Under the pieces are notes generated by a model. It worked only from the letters and a program-made list of their open reading frames with translations, was not told the origin of the DNA and searched no databases. 43,966 nt of DNA from a virus: positions 1 to 43,966 of IMG/VR virus record IMGVR_UViG_3300011102_000097; one strand, written 5' to 3'. The translations under genes were made by a program, and so were the position numbers. Positions within the stretch are counted from its first letter, which is position 1. Every line of letters starts with the position of its first letter. Positions 31,901-38,756 of the stretch are shown in pieces.

Positions 31901-32802
31901 GTGTTGGCGGCGATGTCGCCGAACAGCTTGCTGGCCGGGATGCGCTCGAACAGGTACTCGAACGCGGCCTCGGGGATGGCGTAGGTGAGCGACTGCACTG
32001 AGGTGCGGCCCTGCTCGCGGGCGCGCATGTACGCGTCTGCACCCACGCCCGTGGCCATGGTGCCGGCCACGGCGGCGGCAGCCTGGTTGGCGGTGCTCCA
32101 CAGCCCCCGGGCCAGACCCAGCGGCAGCAGCGCCAGGTTGGTGCCCGACGACTGCAGTCCGGACTTCACGGCCCGGCCGGTGCTCGACTCGGGCTGGAAT
32201 CCGAGCGCGTCGCGCGCTTCCTTGCTGCGGTTGGCGAGCCCACGCATGTCGCGCGCGCCCGACTGCCAGCCCACCAGGTCGTAGAGCGTGCCGGCGACGT
32301 TGAAGATCATCTCGCCGACGCCGGCGGTGGCGCCGAGCCCGACGTCGACGGCTGCGCCGGCCAGATCCTTGGGCAGCCCGCCCTTGCCGTCGGCGCCCAT
32401 GACGTAGGCGACACCCCGGCCTACCGAGCGCTCGAGGTTCTTGAGCGTGTCGAGGTCATCGACCGAGGTGGCGGCGAAGGTCGGGTCGACCAGCTGCCGG
32501 TAGAGCACCGGCGACTCCTCGGCCAGCCTGACCAGGTCGATCGCGCGGGCGCGTTCCTTGACGCGCAGTTCCTCGAGGTTGCGCTCGATAACAGGCAGCG
32601 GCAGGCCTGAGGTTTGCGACAGGCGCAGACGCTCGGCGGCGAGGTCCGGGTCGTCCTTGAGGGCGGCCTCGATCACCGTGCGGGCGCGGTTTTGCTGCAA
32701 CAACTGTTGCTCGCGTGCCAGGGGCAGGTAGGGGTTGTCCTGCTCGTCTTGGCCTTGGGTTTGCTGTGCGCGCTCCTGCGCCAGGCGCAAATAGTCGGTC
32801 AT
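25999..32802 (-). CDS. Giant internal virion / ejection protein of polyvalent type (GNAT + ART-like + HExxH modules), 2267 aa
   Basis: It is the longest ORF, coupled by ATGA to the upstream internal-virion gene. It has helical and TM-rich ends and three enzyme-like modules in the middle (listed as separate features). Confidence 0.9.
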   Translation of the reverse strand: MTDYLRLAQERAQQTQGQDEQDNPYLPLAREQQLLQQNRARTVIEAALKDDPDLAAERLRLSQTSGLPLPVIERNLEELRVKERARAIDLVRLAEESPVLYRQLVDPTFAATSVDDLDTLKNLERSVGRGVAYVMGADGKGGLPKDLAGAAVDVGLGATAGVGEMIFNVAGTLYDLVGWQSGARDMRGLANRSKEARDALGFQPESSTGRAVKSGLQSSGTNLALLPLGLARGLWSTANQAAAAVAGTMATGVGADAYMRAREQGRTSVQSLTYAIPEAAFEYLFERIPASKLFGDIAANTGLLKTIGRQALSEGWTEQVTTLAQDFNEWMNLNPDKTLAEFINERPEAAYQTFIATLVGVGVQTSTIKAINKIVETASNQSLVYEQDLFQQQLQLAAASMLRARSPEQFRSHIQRVVDANDGAKKEIYVDAEVLNQLPPELLAQLPDSVREALPSALEANSTVAIPMADVLTVAPGTDLEQILNDHARMRPNAPSRAEAELTAQLLAQDAERVLKQAADTAAWQQSAQAVQQAILDQLNQTGRFTPDVNEAYATLQANFFSTMAARVGLTPQELYERYQLKVAAKSPGGQAYNADRGLTVEGRAADMPDQELEQGSVAAPTFETTYTDAQGERFNITLRREVLGMGADRQLSVIVEARTTDGNRRGMIDFAVQGNTLAAENTIVAPAYRRRGLAEAMYRAAREAGYDIMPGRKQTADGERMVARLREKGVINRERPLEQGGDVGAMANQSEGVALSADGLPETIEVDGVQRPTRNSAGQPIHPTEEGIRNFWRWFGDSKVVDANGKPLAVYRGEGSGEDFTVFDRRMTREKAFFFTPDRDIASTYAAKNNWSMTEPRSFYLKAEKLFDPRSKEGRAFIREWAKNWDEWIDRQSGEDIDPVDAVLEGRLFDYEGDWSAERWRDLQASIEAAGYDGARLPDWDNDRGTFDAIIVFRPEQIKSATGNRGTFDPADPNILKQGPRGTFNPEQLLITLNETADLSTFLHESGHFFLEVLADLASQPDAPQQIKDDMATTLKWFGVPDLETWNSYTLEQKRPYHERWAESFEQYLFEGKAPSQELQPLFRRFRSWLVNVYKSLKQFMQGRNLQLGDDIRQVFDRLIATDEQIAQAEEAAGMLPDFEATNEAIEKLQARSLRDLKWTVNARNKALKALQKQAAKLRKEVESEVRAEVEQQPIYRAMRWLKKGETVDPETGDLVKAEKGYRLSTAALAEMYPETMLGRPDLTRLRGMTSKEGLHPDLVADMFGFASGDQLVRALLDAQPINEVIEGMTDQRMLERYGDLATPEAREAAANEAVHNEARARALATELKSQAEMINQRLDTGRTDARGRPITVNAVVEAAKQFGLNLAARRRIKDLKNAAWQHRAAEGRAGKRWQQLTAEGKTVEAVQAKRDQLLNNYAAKALQDAQAEVKKTLEFFRKVTKGSDEKTVEKGRDPDVVNAMRAILAAYGVAPRLEKSALAYMETVAKNDPAMYAALKPSVDSALLNAKPLDELTLEELRGLNDELRAMWELAKRSRQMEVDGNLLDIEDAADELLARMEEIGIPTEIPGERAAITDREEAGIKLQFAKAILSRVEQWAERMDGKFGGPFLRLVFRPIKEAADAYRAARVDYRKRFTALVESVSHVIRPGEIPAPELGYTFGNARDSGQAELLHAILHTGNESNKRKLLLGRGWATEREDGTLDTSRWDAFIARMINEGKLEKAHYDFAQGVWDLLEEMKPRAQETHRKVFGRYFAEVTATPFDTPFGSYRGGYVPAQTDSRLVKDAKLRELAEAENESMAYAFPASPRGFTKARVEYNKPLLLDLRALAQHMDKVLLFSYMQGPVTDVRRLLTNKRVSYALDRIDPGAYEGMLIPWLNRAAKQIVETPVAGDRKLSRFLSAARSRAGMALMFANLSNTFQQITGFSLAAVKVKPSLMMKATASFIADPKAMKEQVATASAFMRNRMLNEVAAMNDAVEQILVNATVLEKAQAWTQRHAYFMQAAVDNTMSPIIWTAAYNQAIEQQMSHKDAVRFADGVIRQTQGTTLPEDISRFESGPAYARLFTQFVSYFNMMANTNATAMKQIVDEMGLRKGAGRLLYVALAGLLVPIWVAEAIALAFRGGPEDEDDDGYLDDWLMAVFGMGTLRGLTAQVPIVGQAAQLVVNRFNDNPADDKFSLSPAVSLLESAVSAPASVYKAIIDDGSAQKAVRDVAAAATLITGLPIYAAARPAGYLAGMADGRIEPTGPVDLARGLVTGTASPESRTP
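29776..29790 (-). other. HESGH zinc-metallopeptidase motif (aa 1005-1009)
   Basis: The reverse complement of 29776-29790 is CAC GAG AGC GGG CAC. The protein context is ADLSTFLHESGHFFLEVL. Confidence 0.7.
29908..30480 (-). other. ADP-ribosyltransferase-like (ART-PolyVal-type) module (aa ~775-965)
   Basis: KPLAVYRGEGSGEDFTVFD...KAFFFTPDRDIASTYA...AIIVFRPEQIKSATGNRGTFDP matches the domain as I remember it. No profile search was run. Confidence 0.55.
30598..30930 (-). other. GNAT acetyltransferase-like module (aa ~625-735 of the giant protein)
   Basis: IDFAVQGNTLAAENTIVAPAYRRRGLAEAMYRAAREAGYDIMP carries the R-x-x-G-x-A acetyl-CoA motif. I checked the coordinates against the DNA (CGC CGA GGG TTG GCC GAG at 30732 downward). 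Confidence 0.7.
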
Positions 32803-34418
32803 TTAGCGGTGCCTTTCTTGCCGGCGAGGTACATCTCGACGATGGCTTGTTCGGTGACGAGCTGGCCGGTGGCCTGCAGGGCCTGGATGATCTGGCGGCG
32901 GTCGATCGCAGGCACGGAGGACACGAGCACGTTCTTGCCGTTGACGCGCACGTAGGCCTTGTCCATCTCCTCAGGCGTCAAGAGCACGACCGGTTTCTCG
33001 GGGTCGCGGCCCCACTCATCAACGTACACCTTGTCGAGCATCACGCGGTCGACGATCGCTTGCTTCTCGTCCGCGGTCAGATCCTTCCCGCCCTTGGCGG
33101 CGGAGGCGGCGCGCACGCGGCGGTCGATCTCGCCGGTCAGCTTGACTGCGGTCTCGGGGTCTTTCTTCGGATCGACGCCCAGGTTCACCAGCGCGTTGCG
33201 GATGCGCGCCTCGTCTGTGAGCATGGTGTCTTGCTTGACGCCCCCAGTGCGCAGAGCGTCCTGGAGGTCGAGCAGCCGCTCCATGTCGGAGGGGCTGATC
33301 TTCTCGACGTAGGCGCGCAGGTCGACCTTCTCGCCGTTGGCGAGCTTCTCGCGCAGGTCAATGTAGGTGGCGACGTCAGTCTTGACCGGAGCGCCGGTGG
33401 CCAGGCGCTCGGCGCGGGCGCGTTGCGCCTCCTGCAGTTGCACGCGCTCGCGCCCGGACATCTGCAAGAGGATCGCCTCGGGGATCTTCTTGCCTTGGGC
33501 GAAGAGCTGCCAGGCCTGGTCGGCGGCGGCGTTCTCGCGCTCCTGCTCGGCCTGACGCACCAGCGCGTGGTTGTTGCGGATCTGGGTGAGCGTCTTCTCT
33601 CGGCGCGCGGGGTCCGTGATCTTGGCCGCCTCGGCGAGCTGGTCGCCAAGCGGCTTGTTGGCCACGCTGGCGGCGAACTGGGCGGCGAACTGGTTGTCGG
33701 CCTCGGCCTTGAGCACCTGCTCGACACGGGCCTGATGCGCGAAGTTGACCTCGGCTTTGTTGGCGTCGTAGTAGGCCTGGGCGGCCTCGGCGTTGCTCTC
33801 GGCCAGCTTGGTGATCTGGGCCAAGTGCATGGCCGAGAGGTTCTTCAGCGCCTCGGCCTGCACCTGCTCGGTGGTCCAGCCCTTGCGCGCGCCGAGGATC
33901 GCGGCCTTCTCGCGGATCTGCTGCGCGGCGCTCGCGACATCGCCCGAGGTCACGCCGAACTGGATCGTGGTCGCAACGTCGGCGGCGTAGGTCTCGTCCG
34001 CGAAGCGCTCTTTCTCGGCGTTGACGAATGCACCCACCGAGTTGATCGCCTGCAGGCGCTTGGTGGCCAGGCTCTTGCTGACCAACGCCCGGGCGCGCGG
34101 GTCGAGCTCCTTGCCATAGGTCTCGGCGGCTTTGGCCCACCACTCTTCGGCGGCCGGGCCGTAGCCGTCGACGTTCTGCCCGCGGTATTGCTGGCGCGCC
34201 TGGGCGTCCCACCTCAACCACTCGCTGGTGATCTTGGCCTCGGCGTCAAACGCTTTGGCCTGGGCCTCGCGCAGGTCGATGCGGTCGGCGACATCGGCCA
34301 CGCGCATCAGCGCCTCGCCGGCGCGCATCAAGTCGCGGCCGACATCGGGCGCACGCTGAAAACCACCCTCGAGCGCTTGCTCGCGGACGCGCGGTTCGTA
34401 GGTTGGAACGACCGGCAT
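32799..34418 (-). CDS. Internal virion / ejection protein, 539 aa, alpha-helical
   Basis: ORF track entry, adjacent to the upstream gene and coupled by ATGA to the giant gene. The call is position-based. Confidence 0.7.
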   Translation of the reverse strand: MPVVPTYEPRVREQALEGGFQRAPDVGRDLMRAGEALMRVADVADRIDLREAQAKAFDAEAKITSEWLRWDAQARQQYRGQNVDGYGPAAEEWWAKAAETYGKELDPRARALVSKSLATKRLQAINSVGAFVNAEKERFADETYAADVATTIQFGVTSGDVASAAQQIREKAAILGARKGWTTEQVQAEALKNLSAMHLAQITKLAESNAEAAQAYYDANKAEVNFAHQARVEQVLKAEADNQFAAQFAASVANKPLGDQLAEAAKITDPARREKTLTQIRNNHALVRQAEQERENAAADQAWQLFAQGKKIPEAILLQMSGRERVQLQEAQRARAERLATGAPVKTDVATYIDLREKLANGEKVDLRAYVEKISPSDMERLLDLQDALRTGGVKQDTMLTDEARIRNALVNLGVDPKKDPETAVKLTGEIDRRVRAASAAKGGKDLTADEKQAIVDRVMLDKVYVDEWGRDPEKPVVLLTPEEMDKAYVRVNGKNVLVSSVPAIDRRQIIQALQATGQLVTEQAIVEMYLAGKKGTAK

Positions 34419-35003
34419 TCACCACCCCCGGTAGGTGTACCACTTGTCGGCCACCTGCCCGGCCCCGGTCAGCAGCGTGCTACCGGCCGAGAGCCATGGG
34501 CGCTGGGAGAGCGCTTCGGCCTGGAAGCTGCTGGACTGGCTGCGCCGGGCGAAGGCTTCCTTGCGCGCGTTGGTGCGCACGGTGGCGACATCGTACTCGC
34601 CGAAGAAATCGGTCTGGTCTTGCAGGTCGGCGGCGGTGCCGTAGGTCAGGTCCAGCCCCTTGGCGGCCAAGCTCACGCGCTGCGCGCTTTTGGTGGCGGC
34701 CACCCGCCGTCGCAGCTCGGCAGCCTCGCGCTCACCACGGCGCAGCGCGTCTTCGGCCTGCAGCTCGGCCAGCTTGGCGTTGCGCGCGGCGACCTCGCCG
34801 GCGACTTTGGATTGTTGGTAGGCACCGATCGCCGAGATGGCGGTGCCCGCGGCGGAGAGCCCCAGGCTCAGCATCTGGGCGGTGGTCATGCCGGCAGCGG
34901 CGGTTCCCGCAGCGGCGGCAGTGCCGGCTGCAGCAGCGGTGCCAGCCGCCGCGGTGCCACCGAACCAAGAGCCAATGGCGGCGAGTGCTGCCGGTGCACA
35001 CAT
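34419..35003 (-). CDS. Internal virion protein (T7 gp14-like position) with GTAAA(A) repeats, 194 aa
   Basis: N-terminus GGTAAAGTAAAAGTAAAAGTAAAG is followed by a hydrophobic helix and a coiled coil. Confidence 0.65.
   Translation of the reverse strand: MCAPAALAAIGSWFGGTAAAGTAAAAGTAAAAGTAAAGMTTAQMLSLGLSAAGTAISAIGAYQQSKVAGEVAARNAKLAELQAEDALRRGEREAAELRRRVAATKSAQRVSLAAKGLDLTYGTAADLQDQTDFFGEYDVATVRTNARKEAFARRSQSSSFQAEALSQRPWLSAGSTLLTGAGQVADKWYTYRGW
34890..34960. repeat. Imperfect ~15-nt periodic repeat encoding GTAAA(A) units
   Basis: Read directly from 34886-34965. Confidence 0.6.
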
Positions 35004-35005
35004 GG

Positions 35006-35482
35006 TCAGGCTCGCATTTCAAATGGGTGGAAGGGCTCGCCCAGCGGGCCGTAAGGCACGGCCTCGTGCAGCGTGAACCCCAACCGGCGCAACCATCGCA
35101 CGCTGGTGGTGTTCTTCGCGTGCACGTAGTTCACCAGATGGGGGAACATCTTCAGCATTCGGGAAATGTACTCGGGGGTCCGGCGGACAAGGATACGCTG
35201 GTGTCGTTCGAGCACGGGCGTGCCGAGCATCCAGGGCGAGCCGATACCGGTGAGCGCGTTGATCGGGGCCACGCCGAAGATCGCGGCGAGATCGCCGTCC
35301 GCCAGGCCGGTCCAGCACAGCGCCGAGCGGTCCACGCTCGAGGCGATGCTGGCGGCGATGTCGGGGTGCCCGTAGGCCTGGCACTCGGCCAGGTCGGAGG
35401 CGCGCAGGTTGGCAAAAAGCCGGGCAGCATCGCCCGGCTCGGTGGGCCGGATCAGGACATCAGCCACCGGTCTGGACCTCAA
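35006..35482 (-). CDS. Acetyltransferase-fold / T7 gp13-like virion protein, ~153-158 aa
   Basis: The pattern is ...LCWTGLADGDLAAIFGVAP...SPWMLGT...LVNYVHAKNTTSVRWLRRLGF. The track start is TTG 35482. GTG 35467 with GAGG upstream is the more likely start. Confidence 0.6.
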   Translation of the reverse strand: MRSRPVADVLIRPTEPGDAARLFANLRASDLAECQAYGHPDIAASIASSVDRSALCWTGLADGDLAAIFGVAPINALTGIGSPWMLGTPVLERHQRILVRRTPEYISRMLKMFPHLVNYVHAKNTTSVRWLRRLGFTLHEAVPYGPLGEPFHPFEMRA

Positions 35483-37769
35483 GCGTCATCGACAGCACCG
35501 TGAGCGGCAGCGGCAGATCCTGGCGCACGCATACGGCGCCGTCCTGGTTCCAGCTCGGGTCGATGGAGAGCGTGAGCTCGCCGTCGCGCAGCGCGGGCGG
35601 CGAGCCGTAGGGGTCAGTGACGGCGCGCGCCGGATACTCGCGCAGGCGGTCGAACGCGGGGCCGGCCTTGACGAGCGAGGACTGCGCCACGCGCAGGTGC
35701 ACCTTGTTGACGTTCTTGACCGTGCCCTGCCCTGCGGCCTGCGCGCTCTCGAGCACCAACGGCAGCGTGCGCAGGTCGGAGACCATCGGCAGGCCGACGT
35801 GGACCTTGCTCGCGGGGTAGTCGAGCGTGATCGCCCCGCCCGACACCACGCGCTGCGGGTGCACGGCACCATCGGCCAGGATGTCGACCGTCTTGCCTTC
35901 AAGGTGCTCGAGACCCGAGAGCGTCGTGACGGGCGGCCCGTCGTAGGTGAGCCCTGAGTCGACGAAGAACGCATCGGCCGGGTCCGTGAACAGGCGCGAG
36001 CGCAGGCGCTCGATGTAGCGCAGCGCGGTGCCGCCGATCGTGCGGCGCACCACCGCGTAGAGCACGTCCTCATTGTTCTCGGGGACGACGCACACCGACT
36101 CGAACGCGCCGTCGGTGTCGTGCGCGTGCCAGCCGTAGACCTGCTGGTCGGGCACGTAGGTCATGCCGAGCAGCACGCCGTCGTTGCGCACGGCCCAGCA
36201 GATCGAGTCGGGCGCACGGCTGTAGGCCAGGTCGGTGATCGTGAACCCGTTGAACCGATGCGGCGCCATGATCGAGGCGTCGACAGAGCGGTAGGCATTG
36301 GCCTCCCAGTTGTAGGAGAGCTCACGAATCCGCGAGCCCTGGGCCTGCACGTAGAGGATCGAGCCCGTTGTCACCACCGGCTGCACGTTGCTGGCGCCGG
36401 CGTACCCCTGGGGCTTGATCGTCACGGTCGTGGGCGTGATCGCGGGCGCCCCGTCGGAGTAGATACGGAACTCACCGCCCGCGGTGAACGCGATCAGGTC
36501 GGAGAGCGCGACCAGGTGGCGGACCCTGTTGTACTGGCCGGATGCAATGCGCAGCTCCATGCCGTCGGCATCCCGCGAGGGGATCGAGCTCGTCAGGTTC
36601 GACTCGGTGCCGGTGCGCGTGGCCCACAGCACTTGGGGTTTGTTGTCGCTGCCGGCAAACCAGCGGCGCTGCTCGTGGTAGGTCGTGGCGGCCGGGTAGT
36701 CGCCGGTGCCAGCGTTCAGCGCGATGATGTTCTCGGGCGGCGACTGCGTGGTGTCGGGCAGCACGTTGTCGTCGATGACCGAGAACTGGGGTATCGAGGC
36801 GGTGCCGGTGTTGGCGCTGCTCGTGGCATCGGTGACCGACTCGTAGGTGAACGTGGTCGGGCCCGTGACCGTGATCACCCAGGCGCCGTCCAGGCTGGGC
36901 ACACCGGTACCCTCGATCAGCACCAGGTTCTCGTTGGCAAAGCCGTGCGGGGTGGTGGTGGTGACGGTGACGGTCTTGTCGCCTGCACCGGGTCGGTTGA
37001 TGGTGGCGATCGTTTTGGTGGTGGCGCCGGTGTTGGGGTGAGCCTGACCAATGAAGCCGTAGATACCCCCGCGCAGCTTGTAGACGTTGTAGCGCGTGTT
37101 GCCGCCTACCGCGGACCAACTGATGGTGTTGTAGTTGCCGGCCAGCGTGAGGTTGTTGCTCGCAGCCTTGGGCTCAGAGGGCAAGGATTCCGTGACGCCG
37201 TCGTCGGCCACGGTGGTGACCACGTACTTCTGCGTGGTCTTGTTTTGGTTGTTGGCGACAGTGGCCGTCACGGCCACATCGGTCGGTGCGTTAGCGGGCG
37301 GGGCGAACGACAGCGTGGTGAGCACCCAGTTGGTGGCGCCCAGGCGCTTCAACTCGCGGGTAGCGTAGCTCGGGTGCGTGATCGTGATCACGTCCGCCGA
37401 CTGCGCGTAGTGCAGGTCGAAGAGGTCGGCGCCCTGGTAGGGGCTCGAGATCTGGTACGGCAGGTCCGTGACCGGGTCGAGCAGTGTGGCACCCCCGATA
37501 TGGAAGCGGATGTACTGGTGGCCGAACTCGAGCACCGCAGTCTGGTCGGCGCTGAAGGTGAACGGGATCAGGCGCACGGGGTGGGACGAGTCGCCCGCGG
37601 CGCGGATGAACTCGAAGCCAGGCCGGCGCGCGGCGGGCCCGTGCGGCAGCGTGATGAAGTTGCGCGCGAGCGCGAGGCCGGTCTGGTACTTGACCAGGTC
37701 CAGGCGACCGGCCAGCTCGGGCGTGATCTCGCCGCCAGCGAATGAGCGGAGCAGGAACTTGGTGCTCAT
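35460..37769 (-). CDS. Tail tubular protein B-like (nozzle)
   Basis: 769 aa with N-terminus FLLRSFAGGEITPELAGRLDLVKYQTGLALARNFITLPHGPAARRPGF, typical of podovirus gp12-type proteins as I recall. Confidence 0.7.
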   Translation of the reverse strand: MSTKFLLRSFAGGEITPELAGRLDLVKYQTGLALARNFITLPHGPAARRPGFEFIRAAGDSSHPVRLIPFTFSADQTAVLEFGHQYIRFHIGGATLLDPVTDLPYQISSPYQGADLFDLHYAQSADVITITHPSYATRELKRLGATNWVLTTLSFAPPANAPTDVAVTATVANNQNKTTQKYVVTTVADDGVTESLPSEPKAASNNLTLAGNYNTISWSAVGGNTRYNVYKLRGGIYGFIGQAHPNTGATTKTIATINRPGAGDKTVTVTTTTPHGFANENLVLIEGTGVPSLDGAWVITVTGPTTFTYESVTDATSSANTGTASIPQFSVIDDNVLPDTTQSPPENIIALNAGTGDYPAATTYHEQRRWFAGSDNKPQVLWATRTGTESNLTSSIPSRDADGMELRIASGQYNRVRHLVALSDLIAFTAGGEFRIYSDGAPAITPTTVTIKPQGYAGASNVQPVVTTGSILYVQAQGSRIRELSYNWEANAYRSVDASIMAPHRFNGFTITDLAYSRAPDSICWAVRNDGVLLGMTYVPDQQVYGWHAHDTDGAFESVCVVPENNEDVLYAVVRRTIGGTALRYIERLRSRLFTDPADAFFVDSGLTYDGPPVTTLSGLEHLEGKTVDILADGAVHPQRVVSGGAITLDYPASKVHVGLPMVSDLRTLPLVLESAQAAGQGTVKNVNKVHLRVAQSSLVKAGPAFDRLREYPARAVTDPYGSPPALRDGELTLSIDPSWNQDGAVCVRQDLPLPLTVLSMTLEVQTGG

Positions 37770-38401
37770 GCGCGGACCGCCAGCAGCGTGGGTTGCGGCA
37801 GCGACTCGGCGCTCGAGGCGTTGGCGCTCGCGGTGGCGGACACGTCAGCGAGCGCAAGTGCGCGCTGGCGCATGCCGTCGCCCACGCGCACGCCCTCGTT
37901 GCCTTTGATGATAGGCCCGGCCAGGTAGCTGGCCAGCAGGTAGGACAGCGCGCTGATGAAGCTCGCCGGGAACTTGGTCGAGTCGGTCACGTCTTGCACG
38001 TAGACCAGCACCGCGTCGGGTTCGTTGGTGAAAATCACGTCGCCCTCGACGTCAAACGAGGCGCTGCCGCTATCGTCGGCGTGGGGGTCAACCACCAGGT
38101 CCTGGGTGAACACCGTGACGGCGATCGAGGGGCGCAGGATGCGCAGCGCACGCAGGCAGTTCGATGGCTTGGCGTAGGCGTAGGCCCAGCCCGTGCTGGG
38201 GTTGGTGACCTCGGCCAGGGGGGCGCGCTTGAGTGAAAACGCCCAGTTGCCGGGCTCGAGCAGCTCGGTGCGGGCGAGATCGTAGAACATGGCGCAGTGG
38301 CCGGCCTCGACCGAGCCGTCGGGCGGGCTGATCGACGAGACGCGGGCCTCAGAGCCGATGTGGCTCAGGGCCATGTTGCAGATCTGGACGACTGAGGCCA
38401 T
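37766..38401 (-). CDS. Tail tubular protein A-like (adaptor)
   Basis: 211 aa with N-terminus VVQICNMALSHIGSEARVSSISPPDGSVEAGHC. It is coupled by ATGA to the nozzle gene. Confidence 0.6.
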   Translation of the reverse strand: MASVVQICNMALSHIGSEARVSSISPPDGSVEAGHCAMFYDLARTELLEPGNWAFSLKRAPLAEVTNPSTGWAYAYAKPSNCLRALRILRPSIAVTVFTQDLVVDPHADDSGSASFDVEGDVIFTNEPDAVLVYVQDVTDSTKFPASFISALSYLLASYLAGPIIKGNEGVRVGDGMRQRALALADVSATASANASSAESLPQPTLLAVRA

Positions 38402-38420
38402 GGCAATTCTCCTGGCCGCC

Positions 38421-38458
38421 AGTGTAGGCGCGGGGGTCTAGGACACGGACACGGACAC
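38421..38458 (-). promoter_or_regulatory. Candidate late promoter PL-d: (GTGTCC)x3-N14-TACACT
   Basis: The minus-sense sequence is GTGTCCGTGTCCGTGTCC TAGACCCCCGCGCC TACACT GGCGGCCAGGAGAATTGCC ATG. It lies directly after the capsid-operon terminator. Confidence 0.6.
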
Positions 38459-38460
38459 GC

Positions 38461-38495
38461 AACAGAAAAGGGGCTCCACAAAATGGAGCCCCTTT
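38461..38495 (-). terminator. Intrinsic terminator after the capsid gene block
   Basis: The stem is AAAGGGGCTCCA / TGGAGCCCCTTT (12 bp) with a 5-nt loop. In minus sense it is followed by TTTTCTGTTG. Confidence 0.85.
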
Positions 38496-38516
38496 GGTGC
38501 AGTCAGCGTCTGCCGA

Positions 38517-38744
38517 TCAGGCCAGGTCGGCCTTCTCGCTGTGGACCTGGACGAAGGTCTTGCTTTCGCCCTTGCCCGCTTGCGACAGGGTGCGCGGTTC
38601 CGGCTTGCCCGGTTTGGCCGGCGGCTTGACGCTGTCGGCGGGCGCGGCCCACGAGGCCTTGAACCCCTCGGGCACGTCCACCACATCGCCCACACGAACG
38701 CGAGCGCCGTTGTAGAAGGCCGGGCTGATGGCGGTCACTTTCAT
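38517..38744 (-). CDS. Hypothetical virion-module protein, 75 aa
   Basis: ORF track entry with a Lys/Pro-rich C-terminus. It is the last gene before the terminator. Confidence 0.6.
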   Translation of the reverse strand: MKVTAISPAFYNGARVRVGDVVDVPEGFKASWAAPADSVKPPAKPGKPEPRTLSQAGKGESKTFVQVHSEKADLA

Positions 38745-38756
38745 GCGGTCACCTCA

